A stretch of 64,000 bases of DNA from Myxococcota bacterium (GCA_036337435.1 JAYZEG010000013.1:1-64000); one strand, 5' to 3'; shown: positions 43,595-53,909, numbered from the stretch's first letter. The notes: generated from the letters alone by a model not told the origin. Translations and numbers: made by a program.

Positions 43595-44323
43595 TCAGAG
43601 ACTCTTCTCCGATGTCTCTGTCTCAGTGTCTGTGGCTGCCGTCTCCGTCCCTTTACCGCGAGCTGCTTTCAAGGCCTCTAGCCGTGCACGCGCCTTGTGG
43701 CTGGTGGTCTCAGCCTTAATTGCATCCAATTTGCTCTCGAGAGAATCTTCCTTCAGCTCATCGCCGATTTGGACCTCGGCACTGATTCGTTCCGCGTATT
43801 CTCGTACGTTTTCGAGGGCTTTGACTTCATCATCGACAGAGAGACCGTCCAACTGCTCTTGGATATGCTTTCGTGCTTCAGCGTCTTTTATCTTGGCGAC
43901 CATTTTATCTTTTTCGCGCTTCAGCTTGTCAATTTCGCCTCTCAAACTGTTTAGAGACTCTTTGGCCTTCTCTGCGTCGCTGGCGGCTTGCGCCAGATCA
44001 TTTCTGTCGGCCGTGAGGCTGGCATTGAGCTCTTCTTCCTGCTCCAGCAATGTGACAGCAATTTCGTCTTCGCCCTTGTCGACGGCGACTTCGATTTGCA
44101 GCTTTAATTCGCCCAATTGATTTTCCGTTTTAGAGATTCTCGCTTCGAGCTTGGCTCTGTTCTTGATGAGCCCAGCTGCTGCCGATTTTAATTGTGCGTA
44201 TTTCTCCGTCATATTGTTGATTGCGTTCTCGTAGGCAATCTCCGGGTTCTTCTCTTCGAGTCGGCCTACGAAGATGCTTAGAAAACCCTTAAACAAATTG
44301 TAGAGTCGTGACAGAAATCCCAT
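43595..44323 (-). CDS. PspA/IM30-family protein
   Basis: N-terminal amphipathic helix MGFLSRLYNLFKG, LEEKNPE, long coiled coil, C-terminal ARARLEALKA; GGAG SD. Confidence 0.88.
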   Translation of the reverse strand: MGFLSRLYNLFKGFLSIFVGRLEEKNPEIAYENAINNMTEKYAQLKSAAAGLIKNRAKLEARISKTENQLGELKLQIEVAVDKGEDEIAVTLLEQEEELNASLTADRNDLAQAASDAEKAKESLNSLRGEIDKLKREKDKMVAKIKDAEARKHIQEQLDGLSVDDEVKALENVREYAERISAEVQIGDELKEDSLESKLDAIKAETTSHKARARLEALKAARGKGTETAATDTETETSEKSL

Positions 44324-44741
44324 TTGTTTACACTCTCCATTGGGTGTGCCGAGCGCGGCTCGGTTCATTTAGTGTGTGGTCGGGGCTTGCGACACTCTCC
44401 CAGTGATCGATCAGGCCCGTTCCATCGGTTGAGTCATTTTGTCTGTGGACGATAGTCGCTGATGGAGTCGACCAACTGTCCCTGTAGGCGACCCTATCTC
44501 GAAACCATGTTCAGTTCAACGTCTACCAGCGTACAGCCGAGTGACTCATTCTTACTGGAAAAACTCAGGGGGGATGGGTCTGTGATTTGGGCCCAAACAG
44601 GGATTCTGACGGATTTACCACCCTAAATTTCCACAGCCTGACACCCATCGGTCGCTTTTTTCATTCCGGACTGGAAATTTTCTGCCGTCTGTTATACGTT
44701 CCGCCGCCCAGTTAAACACGATGACGCGGAGTGAGTCTCAA

Positions 44742-44909
44742 ATGGCAAAGTCAAAGCGTGAAAAAATTAAGTTAGAGAGTACAGCCGGTACCGGCGTCTT
44801 CTATACGACGACCAAGAATCGACGTACGGCCACCGGTAAGCTGGAAATGATGAAGTACGATAAAAAAGCTCAAAAGCACGTTCTTTTTAAAGAGACCAAG
44901 CTTAAATAG
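44742..44909 (+). CDS. rpmG: 50S ribosomal protein L33 (no zinc-ribbon cysteines)
   Basis: [29 protein letters not shown]...KHVLFKE. Confidence 0.95.
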   Translation: MAKSKREKIKLESTAGTGVFYTTTKNRRTATGKLEMMKYDKKAQKHVLFKETKLK

Positions 44910-45033
44910 CCTGTCTGCAGGCTGATTCTTAGCCCGCTCCTGTACCTCACTTCCCCCTGGTTTTCACCCGCAGACGTGGCTGCAGCACCACACGTTTATC
45001 CTATGGCCATGGGGGTGATTGGTCCGCCTAAAA

Positions 45034-45897
45034 TCAGACGAACAGTCGAGCGAAGTCGGGACCGCTGAGCGTGCGTCTACCCAGCTTGACCCGCCGTAGC
45101 TGCAATGCGTCCATGCCACATTTGATATGCACAAAACCATCGCGAACAAATGGTGTTCCGGGAGGCAGAAAGTCGAATTGTCCAGCCTCAGTTTTTCGAC
45201 TCCTGTAGACGACCAACAGTTCTTGCCCGATCCCGCTGTAGGCGCCCGGATCGGGCATCGCAGCACGAACAAACCGTTCAATTTCCGTCGCGGATTTATG
45301 CCAATCAATCTCCCAGTCATCAGCTTTGTCCAACGGCGCCCAGGTGACATCACCGGTTTGAGGCCTGGATGGGGGTGTTTGACCTCGGGCCATCCGGTGA
45401 ACGACGTCAGCGATTTGAATTGCACCCAAAGCCTCCAGTCTCGTCGCCAGTCTCCCTGTCGTATCTGTTGGCAAAATGTCATGAGGCGTCTGTTCGATGA
45501 TGTCACCTTCGTCGAGCTTATCGGTCAGCCAGTGAACGGTGATTGCCGTGCGCTCATCGCCCGCCCGGATTGCCCATGCACATGGATCTGGACCCCGCCA
45601 CCGAGGTAGGGCACTGGGATGCACATTCACACCGGGAGCTAAACTCAGTATGGATTTGGGAATCAGCTGCGGATAGAAACATGACACGAGCAAATCAGGT
45701 CGCAGTGCGTTTAAACTGGATATGATCTGAGGATCGGTCAAATCGGGCAAGTGCCAACGGGGTAGGTGTCTGATCTTTGGAAGAAGTGTTTTCAATCCCC
45801 GACCGCCCCGACGGCCATGGACCATGCCTACAAGATTGAGCTCGCGGTCCAAGAGCTCGATAGCACCCGCCGGATCGCCGAAATAAAGTAGCCTCAT
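45034..45897 (-). CDS. Formyltransferase-family protein (Fmt/ArnA-like)
   Basis: NVHPSALPRWRGPDP, LDEGDI, C-terminal IDW..SA.EIERFVRA..P.PGA; ATGA coupling to the glycosyltransferase. Confidence 0.85.
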   Translation of the reverse strand: MRLLYFGDPAGAIELLDRELNLVGMVHGRRGGRGLKTLLPKIRHLPRWHLPDLTDPQIISSLNALRPDLLVSCFYPQLIPKSILSLAPGVNVHPSALPRWRGPDPCAWAIRAGDERTAITVHWLTDKLDEGDIIEQTPHDILPTDTTGRLATRLEALGAIQIADVVHRMARGQTPPSRPQTGDVTWAPLDKADDWEIDWHKSATEIERFVRAAMPDPGAYSGIGQELLVVYRSRKTEAGQFDFLPPGTPFVRDGFVHIKCGMDALQLRRVKLGRRTLSGPDFARLFV

Positions 45898-47060
45898 AGT
45901 GCATCCTGACAGCGTGAGTAGAGCTCAATGGTTGAGCCAGCGATTTTTGGCCATGTGTAACGGGTCTCGACAAGCTTTCGTCCGCGTTTCCCCATAGCGA
46001 GGGCCGCGTCAGGGTCCGATAAGATCTGAGCGAGGCCTTGTGCCAGTGCTGGTGCGCTCAGGTCGGTTTCGAGACCACAGCGCTCTTCAGTGAGTTCAGG
46101 GAAGTAGCATGTTCGCGTCGCCACCACTGGGCAACGCCAGGCCATCGCTTCCGTCAATGCCATGCTAAAGCCCTCATGTCGACTGGGTAAACAGAAGAGT
46201 GTCGCGGCATCGTAAAGGCTGTATTTCCTGTCATCAAAAACGGGTCCAGTGAAGTGGACTCGATGGAGAAGGTCCGCTTTTCGAATCGGCTCTTCAGCCA
46301 TTGCTCGACCACCTTGGTCCTGACCGACCATGACCAGATGAATGTCTGGAAAACGATCTGCGATCTGGACAAAAGCTTGGCCGAGAAGGTCACATCCTTT
46401 GCCGGGGTGTAGTCGCGACAGATACAAAATGAAGGGTGATTGTCCCAAATCAGGGCACAGGTCGTGGATGGCGTCGCCATCGGGCTTGTAGTCAAAAAGG
46501 TCTGGATCGACGCCATTGGGAACGATTTGGATTAACTTGGGCAAATCAACACCGACATAAAATGGATGTGATGCCCCCTCCGCTTCATGTCTATTCAAGG
46601 CATGCACTGCGTTTGCATCGCGAATATAGGCGCGGTAACCCAATGTCCACATACCGACCAATTTCTTAAGTCGCTTCTCTTTCAGAGCACCCTCATGGAG
46701 ACTTCCGTGGGGCGCAAACACGTATGGAATATCCATCTTTTTACAGATTCTCGATGCCATCATCGACACCACGGGCCAGACGCCATGGATGTGAACGATA
46801 TCAGCACCGGCGAATGCCCGTTGAAATTGATTGCGTGTAAAGGCTGAGATGAATCCCTTCGGTTGAATACTAAATCGGGTGACCTCAGACCCCAGATACG
46901 TGTTGAGAAAAGCATCTACGGCAGGACAGTCAGGCTTATCTTCACTGACCAGAACGATCTCATGGCCCAAGGCACGCTGTGCTTCAGCAAGACCAATGAT
47001 CACATGTGGAGGCCCCCCATTTTTGGGGTCTAGTTGATTGTATACATGGACAATGCGCAC
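45894..47060 (-). CDS. GT4-family glycosyltransferase
   Basis: GGP, DIVHIHG, VPNGVD, LSRLHPGKG, PSRHEGFSMALTEA (Ex7E). Confidence 0.92.
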   Translation of the reverse strand: MRIVHVYNQLDPKNGGPPHVIIGLAEAQRALGHEIVLVSEDKPDCPAVDAFLNTYLGSEVTRFSIQPKGFISAFTRNQFQRAFAGADIVHIHGVWPVVSMMASRICKKMDIPYVFAPHGSLHEGALKEKRLKKLVGMWTLGYRAYIRDANAVHALNRHEAEGASHPFYVGVDLPKLIQIVPNGVDPDLFDYKPDGDAIHDLCPDLGQSPFILYLSRLHPGKGCDLLGQAFVQIADRFPDIHLVMVGQDQGGRAMAEEPIRKADLLHRVHFTGPVFDDRKYSLYDAATLFCLPSRHEGFSMALTEAMAWRCPVVATRTCYFPELTEERCGLETDLSAPALAQGLAQILSDPDAALAMGKRGRKLVETRYTWPKIAGSTIELYSRCQDAL

Positions 47061-47341
47061 AGTTTATCCCATCTCACTCGTCGCAATTTTCCGTCGGGTC
47101 AATTCACTCGGCCAAAGCACTGAGTAATTTGTTTCATCTCGGTTTGGGACGTGACCCCTATCATGTGTCTCACATGTCGAGCAGCGTGGCTCTATTTCTT
47201 TTCGGCCGCGGATGTTTTTGTCAAAAAATCGAGCTCGGTTATCCGTTCGCTGGCGACCTCTCGTGTGCCCCGAGACGCCCGGCGGAGCGGCTGTAGAAAT
47301 ACATTCTTTCTCCGCGCTACGGGAGAAATAAAAATTCTCAC

Positions 47342-47369
47342 TTGACCATGAGCGTCGGCTGGTTACAGT
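47342..47369 (+). promoter_or_regulatory. Sigma70-like promoter for trxB
   Basis: TTGACC-16 bp-TACAGT, about 50 bp upstream of the ATG. Confidence 0.4.
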
Positions 47370-47418
47370 TCGTCGGTTGGTATTGAAAACCTAGTCTGAT
47401 TGTCCATGGAGTAAACCT

Positions 47419-48357
47419 ATGTCAGATGTTCGTCATCACCGTGTCTATATCATTGGGTCCGGTCCCGCAGGCTACACAGCCGCCTTGTATGCAGCACGCG
47501 CTAACCTCTCTCCTTACATGGCGACAGGAATCCAACCGGGTGGGCAGCTCACAACGACCACAGATGTTGAGAATTATCCCGGCTTTCCCGACGGTGTTAT
47601 GGGACCCGAGATGATGGTGCTTTTCGAAAAGCAAGCCGTGCGATTCGGACTGGAGGTTGTCTACAAGATGGTCGACCGTGTTGATTTCTCGTCGCGTCCA
47701 TTCAGACTGTGGGAAGATGATGGTTCAGAACATACAGCCGACGCTGTCATCATCGCGACGGGCGCATCGGCAAAGTACCTCGGTATTCCCGGCGAGGAAG
47801 AATACCTTGGGCGAGGTGTCAGTGCCTGTGCGACTTGTGATGGCTTCTTCTTTCGAGATGTCGAACTCATCGTCGTGGGCGGTGGTGACACAGCCATGGA
47901 AGAAGCGAATTTTTTGACGCGTTTCGCCAGTAAGGTTTACGTCGTACACCGGCGAGAAGAGTTGCGCGCCAGCAAAATCATGCAAGAGCGGGCCATGGCT
48001 AACGATAAGATCGAGTTCGTCTGGAATACCGTCGTCGAGGAAATTCACGGGGATGGCGACAAAGTGGTTGCTGCAACGTTGCACAATTCAAAGACGGGTG
48101 AACGCTACCGCCAGGAAATCGGCGGTTACTTCAGTGCCATCGGCCACAAGCCCAATACGGATTTGTTCCATGGTCTCCTTGATATGGACGACGTCGGCTA
48201 TCTTAAAGTCGCGTCTCCCAGTACCAAAACCAATATTGAGGGTGTGTTCGCTGCAGGAGACGTCGGCGACCCAATTTACCGACAAGCAGTGACGGCAGCC
48301 GGCATGGGCTGTGCGGCTGCAATGGATGCTGAACGCTGGCTAGAAGCCCAAGAGTAA
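47419..48357 (+). CDS. trxB: Thioredoxin reductase
   Basis: IIGSGPAG, GGQL, CATCDG, VGGGDTAMEEA, AGDV..YRQAVTAAGMG. Confidence 0.97.
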   Translation: MSDVRHHRVYIIGSGPAGYTAALYAARANLSPYMATGIQPGGQLTTTTDVENYPGFPDGVMGPEMMVLFEKQAVRFGLEVVYKMVDRVDFSSRPFRLWEDDGSEHTADAVIIATGASAKYLGIPGEEEYLGRGVSACATCDGFFFRDVELIVVGGGDTAMEEANFLTRFASKVYVVHRREELRASKIMQERAMANDKIEFVWNTVVEEIHGDGDKVVAATLHNSKTGERYRQEIGGYFSAIGHKPNTDLFHGLLDMDDVGYLKVASPSTKTNIEGVFAAGDVGDPIYRQAVTAAGMGCAAAMDAERWLEAQE

Positions 48358-48542
48358 ATGCCAAACCGAGGCTAGACGCTCAAGCGGCTGTACTTTGATG
48401 CTCGCCTCGCTGATGCTCGCTGCACAAAAATCCATCCCGACGCCGACGTGACCTAGGACGCACCCACTGAGCGACGAATTGGCGTTTGTGTCCCACATCC
48501 CTTAAACTACAGGTAGGTCACTGTATGGTTAGGTCATGATCC

Positions 48543-49730
48543 GTGGGAACATTCATCTGGTCTACATTCCGCGCCCTCTTCTGGCCTGCTCTGCTGCCTA
48601 TGGGGTTAGCCGTCGCTTTTTTGGCTTGGGGCAGTGCACGCTTACCGCAAGGACCGTGGTGGGACTTATTGCCACATGTGTTCATGGCGATGGGTGCTTT
48701 GCTCGCGTTTCGGTTCGGCAGTGGCCGTGTCTTTGCCATTACCGCGACCATCTGGTTTGGCCTTGAGAGCAATCCGTCTATCGGGGGGACACATGTTGAA
48801 CCGGTCTTGTTATTCGTTGCATTCGGCCTTTTACTCGCGTCGTTATTGCCCGAAAGAGGCTTTCGTTCCTGGAGCTTTCTCCTGATGAGTTGTCCGGCAA
48901 TTGCAACCGCCAGCTATTTGAGCTGGCCTGCAGCCTGGCAGTCACAGACCCATTCATTACTCGCTTTAAGTCAGTTGACAGGCTTGCCAGTCATTGGCGG
49001 CGTATCGACGTTAACCTTTGTTTTATATCTCGTCAGTGGGGTCGTATTGATCGGGCGTCTATCCAAGGCTGGAACGCCCATTGATAGTGGACTTTTCGGC
49101 ATCGGTGTGTGTTGGCTCGTCGCATTTAAATGGACCGGTGATACCCAAGCCATATTCACCCTTTGTTTGGCATTAATGGTCTTTCTTACAGCACTCGAAA
49201 CAACGCATTCATTAGCATTTCGAGACCAGCTTACGGGTCTGCCCAGTCGTCGCGCCTTGGAGCGAACATTGGGTCGTCTCGGGAGCCAGTACACCTTGGC
49301 GATGGTAGACGTCGATTCTTTCAAGAAGTTCAATGACCGCTACGGCCACGATGCAGGTGATGAAGCACTCCGCATGATCGCAGGCCATCTTCGTCGGGTC
49401 AGTGGTGGCGGTCGGGCGTATCGGTACGGCGGAGAAGAGTTCACGGTGGTCTTTGCCAATAAAAGTATCGAGCATGCTTCACAGCACCTAGATGACCTGC
49501 GCCAGGCTGTCGCCCAGAGTCCTTTTACCCTCCGGTCCCCGGACCGACCGAAACGTAAGCCCAAGAGACCCGGTCAGTCCCGCGGTTGCGGACGGGTGAA
49601 GGTCACAGTGAGTATCGGTGCCGCTCAACGTTCACCCAAGATGGGGTCGACAACAGCGGTTTTAAAAGCGGCTGACAAATGTTTATACAAGGCTAAGCGC
49701 GCCGGTCGAAACCGATTGATAACGGCTTGA
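48543..49730 (+). CDS. Membrane-bound diguanylate cyclase
   Basis: Multiple TM helices, DQLTGL, DVDSFKKFNDRYGH, RYGGEEF; no RxxD I-site. Start uncertain. Confidence 0.9.
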   Translation: MGTFIWSTFRALFWPALLPMGLAVAFLAWGSARLPQGPWWDLLPHVFMAMGALLAFRFGSGRVFAITATIWFGLESNPSIGGTHVEPVLLFVAFGLLLASLLPERGFRSWSFLLMSCPAIATASYLSWPAAWQSQTHSLLALSQLTGLPVIGGVSTLTFVLYLVSGVVLIGRLSKAGTPIDSGLFGIGVCWLVAFKWTGDTQAIFTLCLALMVFLTALETTHSLAFRDQLTGLPSRRALERTLGRLGSQYTLAMVDVDSFKKFNDRYGHDAGDEALRMIAGHLRRVSGGGRAYRYGGEEFTVVFANKSIEHASQHLDDLRQAVAQSPFTLRSPDRPKRKPKRPGQSRGCGRVKVTVSIGAAQRSPKMGSTTAVLKAADKCLYKAKRAGRNRLITA

Positions 49731-49739
49731 GCTGACGGT

Positions 49740-50306
49740 TTACAGACCATCCAATAGGGCGACCAACCCAGCCTTAAGGGGTCCGTAATCCGCAAGCGGC
49801 GGCACGTGAATAAAGGCGGCAACCTCGAGGAATGATTCGGACGCGGCCGTGTGACAGCCTAAAAAGAAACTCTGATTGCATAAAAAACCACCAGCGTGAA
49901 GTGAGGGTTTTACGTCCAAGCCCAACCGCGACAGTCGACTGCATGCAGCACCCACATCCAGTTTGGTCTGATAGGCTGTTGGTGCAGTCTGAATGATCGG
50001 TCGTAGAAAAGGTGTTTGGCCATCATTATCTGGTCGCACACAATGTTCGATATTGAGCGCAATGGTCTCAATATCGATGGTGGTTCTATGGGGCGCGAAG
50101 CCAAGGCCCAGCCAAACCCGCGGCCGCCTTGTGTATAATGCGTCGAGTAGGCTCGCGCGCGTTTTCTCAAAACTCACAGGGAGAATTTCAACATCGACAT
50201 TGCGTGCATCAGCCGCCACCACTCGTGCCAATGTGTCTGTTGGATTCTCATCGAGTTGGACACCTTCTGAAGAGATGAACGGTTCAAAACCAGTAATCAG
50301 ACGCAT
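49740..50306 (-). CDS. pcp: Pyroglutamyl-peptidase I
   Basis: LITGFEPF, LPVSF, E..ALN, AGGFLCN (catalytic Cys), FIHVP; AGGA SD. Confidence 0.85.
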   Translation of the reverse strand: MRLITGFEPFISSEGVQLDENPTDTLARVVAADARNVDVEILPVSFEKTRASLLDALYTRRPRVWLGLGFAPHRTTIDIETIALNIEHCVRPDNDGQTPFLRPIIQTAPTAYQTKLDVGAACSRLSRLGLDVKPSLHAGGFLCNQSFFLGCHTAASESFLEVAAFIHVPPLADYGPLKAGLVALLDGL

Positions 50307-50513
50307 CCTAGGATTCCTTTCAGACCGACTTCGCGACTGCAGCGAATATGGTGACCGGGTCGCCGCGCAATGTCCAGGGCCACTCCAATTCGACTCAACC
50401 TGTAACCTGATGGCAAGGCCGGAGGTCAAAAGAATGATTGTCTAAGACCGAGGACGCGTATACAAGTTCAAGGCAGGGGCGTACCGCTTTGTGGGAAATA
50501 AAGGGGCTTAGCG

Positions 50514-51728
50514 ATGAGTAATGTTCGGGTATCGACTCGTGGGGCAAATGTTCCGAGCTCACCCATCAGAAAACTGGCAGGACTGGCGCGAGATGCGGTT
50601 CGCCGCGGTGTTCATGTCCATTTTATGAACATTGGCCAACCCGACATCCCCACCCCTAAAGCGATGATCGATGCGTATAAACAGTACGATGAAACGGTCT
50701 TAGCCTACGCCCCCAGTGACGGATTCCTCGCGTATCGGGAGAAGCTCGCCGATTACTACAATGCGCTGCCCGTAGAACCGGCGGTGGATGCGGACGATAT
50801 CATCGTCACCGTGGGTGGCTCTGAAGCCATTTTGTTTGCTCTAGCCGCTGTAACCGATCCCGGCGATCGAGTTCTTGTCTGCGAACCCTACTACACGAAT
50901 TACGCAGGTTTCGTTCATATGCTCAGTCTAGAGATCGATGCGGTCTCCACGTCCCCGACTGACTCATATCGCATCGACCCAGCGAAGGTTGAATCGGCGA
51001 TCACGCAAAATACGCGTGCTTTGATCATTCCGAGTCCCGGCAATCCTACGGGGGTGGTTTTGTCCCCTGAAGAGCTGGATAAACTCATGGATATCTGTCG
51101 GCGTCACGGATTGTTTTTCATTTGTGACGAAGTGTATCGAGAGTTTGTTTACGACGTGCCCCTTGGGCAACGTGCCCCGTCGGTTTTGAGTCGGCCTGAC
51201 CCAGACGATCTGGCCATCGTCATCGATTCGGTTTCAAAGCGTTATTCTGCTTGCGGTGCGCGCGTCGGGTGTTTGGTCACTCGCAACAAGGCTGTCAGAG
51301 ACGCGGCCTTACGCTTCGGGCAAGCCAGGCTATCGCCAGCAACCGTTGATCAATACGCAGGGATGGCGGCACTCGATACGCCACAATCGTACTTCGATGC
51401 CGTCGTCAGTGAGTATCGCCGGCGACGGGACGTGTTGGTCTCTGGTCTAGCCGATATTGGGATCGAAGTTGAAAAACCCAAGGGGGCGTTCTATCTGGCG
51501 GTTGCCTTACCGGTGGACGATGCGACTGCGTTTAGTCAGTGGATGGTCTCTGAATTCACACTCGATGGCGAATCGCTGTGCGTGACCCCGCTCGAGGGCT
51601 TTTATCGAACACCGGGTTTAGGTCGAAACGAGATTCGAATGGCCTACGTGCTCGAACAAGACAAATTACGGCGTTGCACTCAGATCTTGGGGGCTGCGTT
51701 GCAGGAATGGCAGTCCCGAGGCGCATAG
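50514..51728 (+). CDS. Class I/II PLP-dependent aminotransferase
   Basis: NIGQPD, PGNPTG, DEVYREF, DSVSKRYSACGARVG. Confidence 0.92.
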   Translation: MSNVRVSTRGANVPSSPIRKLAGLARDAVRRGVHVHFMNIGQPDIPTPKAMIDAYKQYDETVLAYAPSDGFLAYREKLADYYNALPVEPAVDADDIIVTVGGSEAILFALAAVTDPGDRVLVCEPYYTNYAGFVHMLSLEIDAVSTSPTDSYRIDPAKVESAITQNTRALIIPSPGNPTGVVLSPEELDKLMDICRRHGLFFICDEVYREFVYDVPLGQRAPSVLSRPDPDDLAIVIDSVSKRYSACGARVGCLVTRNKAVRDAALRFGQARLSPATVDQYAGMAALDTPQSYFDAVVSEYRRRRDVLVSGLADIGIEVEKPKGAFYLAVALPVDDATAFSQWMVSEFTLDGESLCVTPLEGFYRTPGLGRNEIRMAYVLEQDKLRRCTQILGAALQEWQSRGA

Positions 51729-51837
51729 CATTCTTGGGGCAAGTCTGACTCGTCGGCTTGCCTTGCCGAGTCGATTCGGGCTACTTTATAGGTACGAAAC
51801 ATGTCGTTTGACAACGACTTAAGCAGACAGACTGATT

Positions 51838-52095
51838 ATGAGATACAAACTCCAAAAGCTACTCGACGAAAAGGTCAATCCGATGGTCGCTCAACATGGT
51901 GGTCAAATCCATCTCGTCGACTACGTCAATAAAACGGCCTTCATCCGAATGTCGGGTGGTTGCCAGGGCTGTTCGTCTTCAGCCCTGACTCTTAAGCAGG
52001 GCGTGGAAAAAGCCATTTTTGAAGCCTACCCGCGAGTCAAACAAATTGTTGATGTAACCGATCATGGTTCGGGTGAAAATCCCTATTATCAATAG
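51838..52095 (+). CDS. NifU/NfuA C-terminal domain Fe-S carrier
   Basis: VNPMVAQHGG, GGCQGC, TLKQGVE. Confidence 0.88.
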   Translation: MRYKLQKLLDEKVNPMVAQHGGQIHLVDYVNKTAFIRMSGGCQGCSSSALTLKQGVEKAIFEAYPRVKQIVDVTDHGSGENPYYQ

Positions 52096-52106
52096 GGCAC
52101 TCTGGT

Positions 52107-53240
52107 ATGACGTTTGAACCGGAAATAGAGCAATTCCGAGACTTGGTCCTTCGCTTCACGCGCGACGAAATCGAACCTCATGTCTTCGACTGGGAAGAGC
52201 GAGGAGAATTTCCGCGAGAGTTGTACTCCAAGGCGGCCAGGGCAGGCATTTTAGGGGCGGGTTTTCCTGAAGCCCTGGGCGGCTCTGGCGGCGATGCGCT
52301 CTATCCGCTCGTCGCAGCGGAAGCCTTGCTAACAGCCGGCAGTACCGGGGTCATGGTCGGTCTACAATCCCTCGGCATTGCCCTACCACCCGTCATGACC
52401 TTGGGTGACGCCAGTCAAAAAGAACAATTTATACGCCCGGTGTTAAGCGGTGAGAAGATCGCAGCACTCGGCGTTACTGAGCCCGGTGCCGGCAGTGATG
52501 TGTCTGGTATTAAGACTCGGGCCGTACGCGATGGATCCGACTACATCATCAACGGAAGCAAGTTGTACATCACCAGTGGGATTAGAGCTGATTATGTCAG
52601 CGTACTGGCGCGGACTGGAGACGACCCCCATGGAGGACTCACGTTCTTTATCGTCGAGAAAGGCATGCCTGGTTATCGAGCGTCTAAACCCCTGAAGAAA
52701 ACCGGTTGGTGGGCCAGCGATACCGCAGAACTTTATTTCGACGACGTGCGTGTTCCCGTCGAGAACCGAATCGGTGATGAAGGGACCGGATTTGTCGCGG
52801 TGATGCAAAACTTTGTTGGCGAGCGGTTAGCACTTGCATTCTACGGGCATGCGACCGCTGAAATTGCCCTCGCAGAGGCCATAGCCTATTCCAAAAGTCG
52901 CACGGCGTTTGGCAAAAACCTGTCGGGTTTCCAGGTGACTCGGCACAAGCTTGCCAAAATGGCGACCCAAGTACAGGCGGCCAAGACATTCAACTACAGT
53001 CTTGCGCAACGAATTCGTGATGGGGAAAGACCCGTAGCGGAAGTGGCGATGGCGAAAAACTTTTCTGCTCAAGTGGCCATTGATGTTTGCTATGAGGCCG
53101 TGCAGATTTTCGGCGGGATGGGCTATATGCGGGAAAGTAAAGTTGAGCGGCTGAGTCGCGATGCCCGACTGCTCCCCATCGGCGGAGGCACGTCGGAAAT
53201 CATGAATGAGGTCATTTCCCGCTGGTATTTAAAGCTTTAG
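52107..53240 (+). CDS. Acyl-CoA dehydrogenase
   Basis: ALGVTEPGAGSD, NGSKLYIT, QIFGGMGY, IGGGTSEIM. Confidence 0.95.
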   Translation: MTFEPEIEQFRDLVLRFTRDEIEPHVFDWEERGEFPRELYSKAARAGILGAGFPEALGGSGGDALYPLVAAEALLTAGSTGVMVGLQSLGIALPPVMTLGDASQKEQFIRPVLSGEKIAALGVTEPGAGSDVSGIKTRAVRDGSDYIINGSKLYITSGIRADYVSVLARTGDDPHGGLTFFIVEKGMPGYRASKPLKKTGWWASDTAELYFDDVRVPVENRIGDEGTGFVAVMQNFVGERLALAFYGHATAEIALAEAIAYSKSRTAFGKNLSGFQVTRHKLAKMATQVQAAKTFNYSLAQRIRDGERPVAEVAMAKNFSAQVAIDVCYEAVQIFGGMGYMRESKVERLSRDARLLPIGGGTSEIMNEVISRWYLKL

Positions 53241-53246
53241 CGGTCA

Positions 53247-53909
53247 CTAGTCGCTGAGTTGAAGGACCCAAGAGGGCAGTGGGTTCGCGTAGGGGTCGTC
53301 AGAGCGAGCTTCATCGACTGACGATTGAGTCACTTCATAGAGTGGCGCACTCTCGCTCGCCCTAAAATAACCGCCATTGACGGGCTTAAATCGCTCACAG
53401 ACCATTTGAGCAGCAAGGCTGATCACCGCAGCTTGGGCACTCTCCCGATTAACGGCTGAATAGGGGGCTTTGACCTCGGCGAGCCCAAAGGCGTGCATCC
53501 CTTCCGTAGAAAAGTGAGTGGCATCGCCCATCACCTCCACGAAGAGATGAAACAAACTATGGGGGTCTGTGGGGTCAATTCCAGACAACGCCTTCTTGGT
53601 GAATGCTTTGCAGGCTGTTTCGACGAAGACACTGGTCGCGCCTGCTGTGACTGCCGCGAGGGCGAGTTGTGCCGCTTTTTGAGCCCAGCTCCTTGTCTCC
53701 CCCTCAAAGTCGATTCCAGCGTGTATCAAGTGCGTATGCTCGCGAACGCGCTCAATGTCCGAGTCGTCAAGAACGTCCGCTCGCCGGCCTACAAAAACAA
53801 AGTCTTCAGCAAAGTCACGATCCGGACCCTTGACCTCTGTGTGGAGTTCGGTATTAAACCCTGGAACTGCGTCCCAGGACCCTGCACTTGTGAGGATGAT
53901 ACGTCCCAT
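53247..53909 (-). CDS. Hypothetical protein
   Basis: 220-aa ORF with AGGA SD; FSTEGMHAFGLAEV motif resembles DUF4261-type proteins. Confidence 0.65.
   Translation of the reverse strand: MGRIILTSAGSWDAVPGFNTELHTEVKGPDRDFAEDFVFVGRRADVLDDSDIERVREHTHLIHAGIDFEGETRSWAQKAAQLALAAVTAGATSVFVETACKAFTKKALSGIDPTDPHSLFHLFVEVMGDATHFSTEGMHAFGLAEVKAPYSAVNRESAQAAVISLAAQMVCERFKPVNGGYFRASESAPLYEVTQSSVDEARSDDPYANPLPSWVLQLSD

Noticed and set aside
45034..45897. Calling this gene fmt
   Set aside because: The N-terminal signature and gene context are atypical for the housekeeping enzyme, so it is left as a family-level call.
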